This document shows positions 50,673-60,267 of a DNA stretch of 64,000 nucleotides, one piece after another. The stretch lies in NCBI GenBank assembly GCA_965240325.2, contig OZ251255.1, positions 124,001-188,000 of the forward strand, in the 5' to 3' direction. The stretch comes from Rebecca billardiae RCC1528. Its lineage: Eukaryota; Protista; Haptophyta. A model generated the notes under the pieces. That model did no database searches. It saw only the letters and a list, made by a program, of their open reading frames with translations, and had not been told where the DNA came from. Position numbers and translations under genes: made by a program. Position 1 is the stretch's first letter. Each line of letters begins with the position of its first letter.

Positions 50673-50731
50673 GCGTGTGTGTGTGTGTGTGTGCGTGTGT
50701 GTGTGTGCGTGTGTGTGTGCGTGTGTGTGTG

Positions 50732-50778
<47 letters not shown>

Positions 50779-50805
50779 GTGTGTGTGCGTGTGTGTGTGT
50801 GTGTG

Positions 50806-50866
<61 letters not shown>

Positions 50867-51572
50867 GTGCGTGTGTGTGTGTGTGTGTGTGCGTGTGTGT
50901 GTGTGTGCGTGTGTGTGCGTGTGTGCGTGTGTGTGTGTGTGCGTGTGTGTGTGTGCGTGTGTGTGTGTGCGCGTGCGCGTGTGTGTGCGTGTGTGCGCGT
51001 GCGTGTGTGCGTGGCTGTGCTCTGCTGCCCGCAGATCGAGGTGTCCAAGTACACCAACAGGGCGCTCGTCGCGGAGGCGGCGATCGTCGCGGGCTGCGCC
51101 GACGCCTTCCTCGACCGCATGTCCTCGCTGCTCAAGGAGCGCACCCTCGAGCCCGAGACCGCCCTCTTCCGTGCGACCGAGGCGGCGCGCGAGCTCTTCC
51201 TGATCGACTCGGGCGCGGTCGAGGTGTACGAGGAGGAGGGCGACGGGAGCCACGCGGCGGAGCCGCAGCGCGTGCTCGGCGTGGGCGAGACGGTGGGCGA
51301 GATCTCGTTCGTCTTCGGCATGCGCCACTACAACAACGCCAGGTCCGCCTCGGACGTCGAGACCAAGGTGCGCGCGCGCGCGCCGTGTGGGTGCGAGCGC
51401 GCGCGCGCCGTGGGGCGGCGCCGCCGCCGCCGCGCGCCGCCGCACCTCCGCAGGGCGGACGGCGCGCGCGGTGCGGTGTGTGCGCGGCTCCTCGCGAGGG
51501 GGTTCTCGCTGCCCAGCGCCGCTCCCGCCGATGTGACACACACACACACACACGCACACACACACACACACG

Positions 51573-51632
<60 letters not shown>

Positions 51633-54556
51633 CACGCACACACACACACACACACATACACACACACGCACACATACGCACACGCACACACGCACACACA
51701 CGCGCAGGTGTTCCTGCTCTCCTCCGAGGACTACAAGCTGCTGCTCAAGATCTTCCCGCAGCAGGAGGACATCGTGATGAACAACGTGATGAGCGGCTAC
51801 GACGGTAAGCGTTGCGGCCTGGGCTGCACGGGGCTGGGTGCGGGTGTGCGGGCGGGCGTGCGTGCGCGGCAGGCGGCGCGCACACCACCGCGCCACCGCC
51901 GCGCCAGCGGGTGTGCGGGCGGGCGGGCGGGCGCGGCAGGCGGCGCGCACACCACCCCGCCGCCGCCGCACCACGCAGCGCGCGCACGGGCGGGCGGGCG
52001 AATCGCGCGCGCGCCGCGAAGGCAGGGGCGGCGACTGCGGCAGCGCGCGCGCCCTCCGCGCGCCGGCGCGCGCGCACGCACACATGCCAAACCGCCCCCC
52101 CCCCCCCCCCCCCCCCCCCCCCCGCGCACGCACGCCCGCCCGCCGCGCGCACCGCACCAGGCGTGGGCACCGCGCGCACGCGCACCTCGCGCGGCGACCG
52201 CAACTCGGCGGCCGCCGCGCGCACCGAGTCTGTCGACGGCGACGGCGGCTCTGAGGACGGCGGCTCTGACGGGCCCGCCTCGTCTGCGCGATTCTCGGGC
52301 GGCGAGGGCGGAGACAAGGCGAACGCCGGGCAGGAGATCACGGGCAACGCCATCCAGAAGGTGCGACTGAGCGAGCGCGCGAGGCGGCGCGCGCCCACCC
52401 CGCGGCCGGCAGCCCGCCACGCCAGCAGCGCGCGCGCGCGCGGACGCTCCGCGCGGCGCGCTCAGCTGCCGCGCGCGCGCCCCCGTGTCGCCCCACCCAC
52501 CCCACCCACCCCAGATGATCTCCGCCGCGAAGAAGAAGCGCACGGACGCGTACATCGTGCGGCTGTGCGAGGCGTGCGCCAAGGGCGACGTGAGCGCGAT
52601 CGAGCGGCTCGTCTCCGCCAACTCGCTCGACGTGAACCGCGGCGACCACGACAACCGCCGCGGCATCCACCTCGCCGCGTGCGGGGGCCACGTGCAGGCG
52701 GTCGAGCTGCTCATCGCCTTCGGCGCGACGGTGAACGTGACCGACTCGCGCGGAGGCACGCCGCTCGCCGACGCGCTGCGCCACCGGCAGCACAAGGTGT
52801 GCGAGGTGCTGCGCAGGCACGGCGCCAAGCTCATGTACAACGACACGGCCGAGCGGCTCAACTTTGCGGCGGGCGACGCGGACGGCTTCGACGAGCTCAA
52901 GTCGCTGCTGCAGTACGGCTGCGACCCGAACTCGCTCGACTACGACCAGCGCACGCCGCTGCACCTGGCCGCGTCGGTGGGGCACGTGCCCAACCTGCGG
53001 CTGCTGCTCGAGATGCGCTCGGACGTGAACGCGATCGACAAGTGGGGCGCGTCGCCGCTGCAGGAGGCGTTCCGCAACCAGCACGTCGAGTGCTCGCGCA
53101 TCCTGCTCGAGGCGGGCGGCAACGTCGGCGACTTTTACGCCGCGTCGCGGCTGTGCGCCGCCGCGGCCAACGACGACGTCGACCTGCTCAAGCGGCTGGT
53201 CGAGCACCGCGTCGACCCGAACGACGCGACGATGGACGGGCGCACCGCGCTGCACCTCGCCGCGGCGAACACGCGCCTCGCCGCCGCGCACTACCTCCTC
53301 ACGCGCCCCGGGATCGTCGTGAACCCGCTCGACCGTTACGGCAACACGCCGCTGGACGACGCGGAGCGGCAGGTGGGCGTGGACCAGCCGGTCGTGGTGG
53401 CGCTGCTGCAGACGCGCAAGGCGGAGCGCGGCACGCACGTCGCGCGGCTCAAGTCGGGCGCGGAGCAGGACTTTGAGGAGCGCAAGTTCCGCGAGGACGC
53501 CGAGCTGATCGAGTTCCAGCGGCGGCAGCTTGAGCAGATCCGCGACTTCCGCAAGTGGGCGGAGGGCGAGACGCGCGGCGCGCGCCGGCTCAAGGCGCGT
53601 GTCGACGCGATCCTGCGGCTCGAGTCGGAGCAGGGCTCGGTGATCACCGACGCCGAGCCGTCCTTCTGGCCCGAGCTGCAGGCGTACGTGCGCGAGCACC
53701 AGGGGCGGTACCGCTACCTCGTCGAGACGCTGCAGCGCACGACGCGCGAGTGGCGGCTGCAGATGGACCAGTTCGCGTACGCGTCGCATCACGACATGGA
53801 GAAGAACTTTGCGAGGCTCAGGGTGCGCGGCGCGGCCGCGCGCGGCGGGCGTGGGGTGGTGTTCGCAGGCATGGCGCGCGGCTCGCGCACCCGCGCCGCT
53901 CGCTCGCTCGCTCGAGCCGACCCGCCCTGCCCGTGCCCCCTTCTCGTGCGTGCGTGTGCGTGTGCGCGCGCGTGTGTGTGTGCGCGCGTGCGTGCGCGCC
54001 GCAGCTGAACGAGCTGGTGCGCCTCAACGAGGGCGTGTTCAACCCGTTCGAGTCGGTCGCAGAGTCCACCTTCCTGAGCGCGGAGGCGGAGGAGGAGTCG
54101 GAGGCCGCGACGCCCGCGCCGCAGGCCGAGGCGGCCGGCTCGGAGCCGGGCACGCCCGCCTTCCTGCGCGCGCTGCGGCAGGGGCAGGCGGTGGCGTCGG
54201 CGGGAAGCGCGCTCGCCGGCCTCGCCGAGAAGCGGCGCATGGCGCGCACCTCGCTCCCGCCGGGCGTGGGCGCAGGCACAGGCACGCCCGACCGCCGCGC
54301 GGCGCGGAGCAGCGCGAGCGTCGGCGGCAACGCGCAGCCGCCGCAGCAGCAGCCGGGCGGCGCCGCCCCCGCCGCGCACCGCTCCGCCTCGAGCCCCGCG
54401 CCGGGCGGCGGCGCCGGCGCCGCGCCGATGACGGAGGAGGACATCGCGGCGGCCGCGCTCGAGGCGCTGAGCGGCGGCGGCGCGGGCGCGGCGCAGCAGC
54501 CGCAGCAGCCGCGCCGAACGACGCCGCCGACCAACCGCCGCTCCTCCGCCGCGTAG
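41704..54556 (+). CDS. Tandem two-module cyclic-nucleotide-binding-domain/ankyrin cation (K+-type) channel, ~3,625 aa, 8 exons (introns 42641-42793, 43933-44151, 50464-51034, 51368-51707, 51805-52160, 52361-52514, 53823-54004)
   Basis: Module 1 has TM helices, pore YMAWTGVTALGYG, C-linker, CNBD (LFNRGD...GQIVGEIAFF) and ankyrin repeats (DYDQRTTLHLAAAEG, DRWG..PL). Module 2 has TM helices (S4-like LLRLPRLTYVRYLR), pore YFIMSMLTTLGMA, C-linker, CNBD (GETVGEISFVF) and ankyrin repeats (DYDQRTPLHLAA, DRYGNTPL). Seven GT-AG introns give a 10,878-nt open frame. Confidence 0.88.
50592..51012. repeat. (GT)n/(GTGC) microsatellite in channel intron 3
   Basis: About 420 bp of gtgtgt/gcgt; it explains the spurious VCVCVC translations. 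Confidence 0.97.
51536..51704. repeat. (CA)n microsatellite in channel intron 4
   Basis: About 170 bp of cacaca/cgca ending at the acceptor. Confidence 0.97.
52095..52123. repeat. Poly-C tract (29 nt) in channel intron 5
   Basis: Seen directly. Confidence 0.95.
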
Positions 54557-55603
54557 TGCTGAGTGAGGCGCCGACTCATCATACGGGTCGTCGCCGAGCG
54601 CCGCCGCTGACCGGGGGGCGGCGAGAGTGACGCAGCCATGAAGGCATGATTGTTCAGCATTCTGGTTGCGTGTCGATGTCGTGTTTCTGGTGCTGACGAC
54701 AGGTGAGGTGCCCTTTAATACCAGGCGGCAACTCGACTTATATTAGACACGACCCGCTACGACGGGCAATGATTCTTGTATTGGGATCTACGCGTCGTCA
54801 TCAGTCCAATATCTACGCATCACACAGCTCACATACAGGCGGCGCCAAATTCTTATGGCGGGCCTTAGGTCCGCCCCTTGTAGTGCCCGGGAAAAAGATA
54901 AGAAAAAGAAAAGGAAAAAAGAAAATCGCCTCGCAAAGAAAAGAAAATCGCCTCGCTCACTGCCGGGTCGCGTCGCTGACTACCGGGCGCCCTCGCAGCT
55001 CCCACTGGGGACGCTCGGCCGAAAATGTGTTCAGGCTGGCGCGGAGCGCGTGGGCCGCGCGCGCCAAATCCAACGCCGGCGCGGACATCGCGCGAGGATT
55101 CCCGAAGGGGGTTTTCGCCCGATTCGCGATTGCTGCCCTCGTCGTCTCGCGTGCAGGTCGAACGGGGGCCAAAGTCGACGCGTTTGGAGGTACGCTCGGC
55201 GCGTCGACACGATCGTGCGACTTGGGCGGGCCCTCGCCTGACTTGCACGTCGAGCGCTCGCACGGGCCATGGTATCAGGCGCTGCGCACGACACCCACCT
55301 CGCGCGACGCACCGCCGCGCGTCGGGCTCGGTGCGGAAAGGCCCTCATCACGAGGTGTCTCGCGGGCGGGAAGCGCCATCGCACGCGACGCAAGATTTGG
55401 CACGGCCTGCTGAACTCGATCGCCGGAATCCGCGCACCGGACTGTCGCGTGCCACAACTTCTCAAGGTACGGGCGCATGCAAATCCGTTTGCTACAAGTC
55501 CCAGGGTAGCGATCATCTTTCGCGATCATCGCGGCCAAACAGATCGCTCGGCGCTCGCCAGCGCGGTCCCTCTCAGTCAGACGAAAGCGCACGTCCGGCC
55601 TGC

Positions 55604-56210
55604 ATGGCGTCGAGAGTGAATGCGACGGAGGCGCAGCGCAAAGAGGCGTACGAGGCGCAGCGGAGGCACTTGCCGCGTCTGGCGCCGTGGCAAGACCCGC
55701 GTCTTGGCGAGTCGGCGACTCAGGCCGCGGCGCGGTACCAGCGAAGCAAGGTAAGCGTCCGCAGAGCGATCAAACATCGGGCGCGCAGCATCGTTGCGCC
55801 ATCCTCTTCCATTGCACGAGCGCTGCTGGACGAGGTAAACGTCGTCACGCTCGTGGCAGATGCGCTGCGCTTCATGTGCCTGCTCGAGCAGCGCGTGCCC
55901 ACCCTCGATCGCGAGTGGCACACGCTCCTGCACTGCGCGCGCGCGCACCGCACCGAGAGCTCCTGATACCGCCTGATGGCCGAACGTGCGAGTGCCGGAC
56001 CTGGCGCGCGGAGCGGCGAGCGCCGACGAGCGCTTGGACCTGGACGCGCTGTTGCGCAGCGTGGCGGCCGTGCACGACGCCGACGCGACCTTCGCGAACC
56101 CGCTGGGGAAATATTGCGACAGCACTGGCACGGCCCGCCGACCCCCCCGCCCGCCAGGGCAGAGTTTACTGTTCTTTGTGCAGTGTTGGATGGCGTCAAT
56201 CACGCCTTAA
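55604..56210 (+). CDS. Small hypothetical gene with unresolved structure (ORF 55604-55966 plus a coding-looking segment to 56210)
   Basis: An ATG at 55604 opens MASRVNATEAQRKEAY...; no family recognised. It could be spliced or a pseudogene. Confidence 0.3.
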
Positions 56211-56459
56211 CCAAGTGTGCACGTTAAAACATAGTAAACTGTAGTTGTTACGAGCCCCATGAACAGTGATCAGTACCCGCGCTTACCCTGATATATATAT
56301 ATGGCATGTCGTCAGGGTTGATATATGGTGATGCCAAGCCGAACGATTTCATGCGCGATGTGCGCTGAATCCGCTGATAATCCTGATATCATCCAGGACG
56401 GCGCCGGATCTCCGCCGCCGGGAAAGCGCAGCGCAGCGGCCTAGCCAACTCCCACCGTG

Positions 56460-57557
56460 ATGCGGCAGGTGCGCGCTCTTCGGGCGCACACGTACGGCGA
56501 TGCCCGGGATGTCCTGGACGTGAGCAGGGTCCCCGCTCCGACGCGCGCATCGCCGGGCGAGGTGCTCGTTCTCGTCGCATGTGCCTCACTCCGCGTGGCT
56601 GACACGTTTCTGCTCACGGGCAAGCACCCAATGTCACCGCCGGTGCCGTACACGCCTGGCCATGATGCGGCCGGTGTCGTGGCGGAAGTCGGCGCGGGCG
56701 TTACACATGTGAGCGTCGGCGATCGTGTGTGGCTCTGCGGCGCTTCGAGTGGCGCGTGTGCCGAGCTGTGCGTGTGTGACGCCAACCGTGTGCATGCGCT
56801 GCCTGAACACGTGACTTTTGCCGAGGCGGCTGCGATGCCAACGCCGCTGCTCGCAGCGCATCGTGCGCTGTTCACCAAGGCGCGTGTGCGGCCTGGCGAG
56901 ACTATCTTGGTGCACGGTGCGTCGGGGGCTACCGGCCTAGCCGTCGTCACGCTCGCTGCCGCGCACGGCTGCGAAGTCGTGGGGACGGCATCCACGCCCG
57001 AGGGATCGCGAGCCGTGCGCGCCGCAGGTGCCAAGACCGTGCTTGACCACTCGCAGTGGCGTGAGCCCGACCAGCCGATCAGCCTGCCGCTGGGCGTGCA
57101 CCCGACGCTGGTCATCGAGATGGCGGCCCACGCCAACCTGCAGAAGGCGGTGGAGGCTGTCGCGCAGGGCGGGCACGTGCTCGTCATCGGCTCTCACGGC
57201 TCACTCGACTTCAGCCCTCGAGCGCTCATGAACCGCGAGGCAACTGTGAGCGGCATGATGGTGCACCACGCATCCGACCAGGAGTACCGCAGCGCAGTGA
57301 ACGACGTGCAGGCGCTGATCGCGCGACCGGGTGCAATCGTGCTGCCCCGCGTCGAGGCCGAGTACCCGCTGGAGGAGGCCATCGCTGGCTTCGACCGCGT
57401 GCAGAAGCGAATTGGCCCGCCTGGCTCTTCTGGGCGTGTCGTGCTGCGCGTGCACTCAGATGAGGAGATGGGGAGCGTCGCAGCCACATACTTGGCCGCC
57501 GCCAGTGCTGGCATGCAGCCATCACACGCCAGCACGGCGGCGCGCAATAAGCAGTGA
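56460..57557 (+). CDS. Zeta-crystallin-type NADPH:quinone oxidoreductase (MDR superfamily), copy 1, intronless
   Basis: PYTPGHDAAGVV..VG.GV....VGDRV, AHRALFTKARVRPGETILVHGASGATG, GTASTPEG and VIEMAAHANL...GGHVLVIGSHG...PR.LM..E. No Zn-binding Cys cluster is evident. Confidence 0.92.
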   Translation: MRQVRALRAHTYGDARDVLDVSRVPAPTRASPGEVLVLVACASLRVADTFLLTGKHPMSPPVPYTPGHDAAGVVAEVGAGVTHVSVGDRVWLCGASSGACAELCVCDANRVHALPEHVTFAEAAAMPTPLLAAHRALFTKARVRPGETILVHGASGATGLAVVTLAAAHGCEVVGTASTPEGSRAVRAAGAKTVLDHSQWREPDQPISLPLGVHPTLVIEMAAHANLQKAVEAVAQGGHVLVIGSHGSLDFSPRALMNREATVSGMMVHHASDQEYRSAVNDVQALIARPGAIVLPRVEAEYPLEEAIAGFDRVQKRIGPPGSSGRVVLRVHSDEEMGSVAATYLAAASAGMQPSHASTAARNKQ

Positions 57558-58601
57558 TTCAATAAGGCGACGACGGCGGGACCGCGCCCGCCGGTCGCGC
57601 GCCATATCAGTCCATCGGCCGTGAAACGACGCTGCCACCGACTAGTGCGCCGCGGGGTCCAGGCTCCAGCCGGCAGTTGCCGCGCAGCACGCTGCCGCCG
57701 AGAATGCCGTCGTCGCCGTGAGAAGTCGCGCGTGCGGCATCCGAAGTGTGGCGTCAGTCCGAGACTCAGACAGCGCAGCGTCGTCACTCGGATCGGATTA
57801 GCCAGCATCATGAAGCCGCAGTAGTGTCAGTGTGTCACGGCGGATCTGCGGCCGACAGATCGTCATCGTCATCAGTAGCAGCATGCCGCCACTCGATCAT
57901 CCGGTACGTCGGCGGCGGCTTAGGCGGTCTTTACTCGTACTATACCGGGACAGGAGACGACGCGGGTAGTAACCGCTGCTATAGCCAATATCTCTCGGGA
58001 GGCGCCCCGGACTGGAGCGCCTATATATATCGGTCAGCCGACCCGGCGCACGGTGGCCCCCGGCCGCGAGTGCCGCCCGGCGACAGCGGCGGCCTGACGG
58101 CCGGGCCCGGGGGCGGCGGGCCCGACTCGGTGGCACCGTGTGAGCGGCGGGGCGTGACCGTATTCACATGCACTACGGCCACTAGGTCACTTACACGACG
58201 GCGACGTGACTTATGTGACGGCGCTCGTCAGTCTCAGCAACTAGCAGTGCGCCGCAGCCTGCCCGCTGAGCCTCGGGCGCAATCGCAGGCGCCGGCCAGA
58301 CTGAACCGCGTACGTACAGTCGTGCGCTGTACGTCATATGCTGATGCGACTCGGCCCGGTTGCGGCGCAGGCGGTCAGCCCGCGGGCACCAGACGAGTGC
58401 TGTATCCGATCGACTGACGAGTAGATGGATGGCGGCCGACGCCGCGCAGAAGGCGCAGCAGATGCCATGCGGATCCGGGCCGCGGCAGCCGGCAGCGCGC
58501 GCCGCCAGCGCGCTGAGGCGCGCCAGGTCGTCCGCGGCGGCGCCGGCCACGCCGGCCGGTTGGCGGGCGCGCGCGCGGCGCTGGCTGCGTGGGCCTAGCC
58601 G

Positions 58602-59550
58602 CTAGCGCGCGCCAGCGTGCTGCCGCAGCTGCGCCACCTCCAGCTGCAGCTCGCGCGAGCGGCCGTCCACCCACTGCAGCGCGCCCAGGTGCGCGTCGAG
58701 CACGCGCACGAGCTGGGAGAGCTCGGAGCCGCCGCCCAGCCCGCCGCCGAGCGCGTCGGCGGCCGCGGCGTCGGCCGCCGAGCCGCCGGCGCCGCCGTCG
58801 TGGCCGGAGGCGCTGCCCGCGCCGCCGGCGGCGCGCGCCGCGCCGCCCGCGCGCCGGTTGAGCGCGCCGATCGCGGCGGCGAGCAGCCGCGCGCTCTCCG
58901 CGAGCTCCGCGTCCGTCTCCTCCGCCAGCCGGTACGCGGCCTGCGGGGTAGGGGTAGGGTTAGGGGTAGGGTTAGGAGCAGGGGTAGGGTTGGGGGCGGA
59001 GGGCCATGTCGAGAGGGGGCTGTGGTGAGGCGCGCGCGGGCGAGGCGTGGGCGCGCGGTGCACGCCCTCCCCACCCTCGGCCCGACGGCGCGGCCGAAGC
59101 ACCGGGCACACGCGCGGCGCGCGCGCAGGCCGGGCGCTTTGCACTGCGCTGCGCTCGCTCACCGCGCGCTCGACGGCGGCCGCCTCGCCCTCGAGCGAGA
59201 GCTCGCGCTCCACCGCGCCCTCGAGCTTGGTCAGGTGGTCGTGCAGCGCGTCCTGATGCTCAAGCACAAGCTCGAGCTCGGCGTCGAGCTCGTCCTGCGC
59301 CTCGCGCACCTGCAGGGGGGCACGCGCGGGTCGTGTGTCGCGCTCGGCGGTGGGCGCGCGTGCGCACACGCGCGCGCGCCGCCACCGAGGCGCGCACAGT
59401 CCGGGCGCACAGTCCGGGGGGACGGACGCAGCGGCGCGCGGCGCGCCCGCACGCGCCGCACCCGTAGCACGTCCTCGTGCAGCGACACGATGGTGGCGCG
59501 GTTGGCCGCGATGGCCGAGTCCCACGCGCGCAGCTGCGCCGCCTGCCTGC
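58602..59550 (-). pseudogene. NUP62: 5'-truncated nucleoporin Nup62/Nsp1 C-terminal coiled-coil fragment, copy 1 (exons ~59550-59462, 59309-59163, 58940-58602)
   Basis: The spliced peptide RQAAQLRAWDSAIAANRATIVSLHEDVLR|VREAQDELDAELELVLEHQDAL...VERA|AAYRLAEETDAEL...LSQLVRVLDAHLGALQWVD matches the Nup62 C-terminal pattern (QA.QV.AWD, Q..LD.EL..I..QQ, ER..Y.LAE.ID.QL, I..ILNAH..SLQWID). The FG-repeat N-terminus is absent, cut at the repeat junction. Confidence 0.85.
58945..58996. repeat. Degenerate telomere-like (TTAGGG/GTAGGG)n tract at the Nup62 intron acceptor (second copy at 62754-62805)
   Basis: ggggtaggggtagggttaggggtagggttaggagcaggggtagggttggggg. Confidence 0.75.
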
Positions 59551-60267
59551 AGCAAGGTAAGCGTCCGCAGAGCGATCAAACATCGGGCGCGCAGCATCGT
59601 TGCGCCATCCTCTTCCATTGCACGAGCGCTGCTGGACGAGGTAAACGTCGTCACGCTCGTGGCAGATGCGCTGCGCTTCATGTGCCTGCTCGAGCAGCGC
59701 GTGCCCACCCTCGATCGCGAGTGGCACACGCTCCTGCACTGCGCGCGCGCGCACCGCACCGAGAGCTCCTGATACCGCCTGATGGCCGAACGTGCGAGTG
59801 CCGGACCTGGCGCGCGGAGCGGCGAGCGCCGACGAGCGCTTGGACCTGGACGCGCTGTTGCGCAGCGTGGCGGCCGTGCACGACGCCGACGCGACCTTCG
59901 CGAACCCGCTGGGGAAATATTGCGACAGCACTGGCACGGCCCGCCGACCCCCCCGCCCGCCAGGGCAGAGTTTACTGTTCTTTGTGCAGTGTTGGATGGC
60001 GTCAATCACGCCTTAACCAAGTGTGCACGTTAAAACATAGTATAAACTGTAGTTGTTACGAGCCCCATGAACAGTGATCAGTACCCGCGCTTACCCTGAT
60101 ATATATATATGGCATGTCGTCAGGGTTGATATATGGTGATGCCAAGCCGAACGATTTCATGCGCGATGTGCGCTGAATCCGCTGATAATCCTGATATCAT
60201 CCAGGACGGCGCCGGATCTCCGCCGCCGGGAAAGCGCAGCGCAGCGGCCTAGCCAACTCCCACCGTG

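Noticed and set aside
50464-51707. Cys/Val-rich and His/Thr-rich 'metal-binding' peptides in the ORF track
   Set aside because: They are translations of intronic (GT)n and (CA)n microsatellites.
1-54556. Functional cluster of PKD1-like receptor, EF-hand protein and channel
   Set aside because: Tempting as a Ca2+/mechanosensing module, but the genes are interleaved with unrelated housekeeping genes (PSMD9, sigma, Mad3) and nothing in the sequence links them. It would need conserved synteny or co-expression.
58602-60005. 467-aa minus-strand ORF (and 486-aa plus-strand ORF) as real chimeric proteins
   Set aside because: They read through Nup62 introns and the repeat junction; only the spliced Nup62 segments look like protein.
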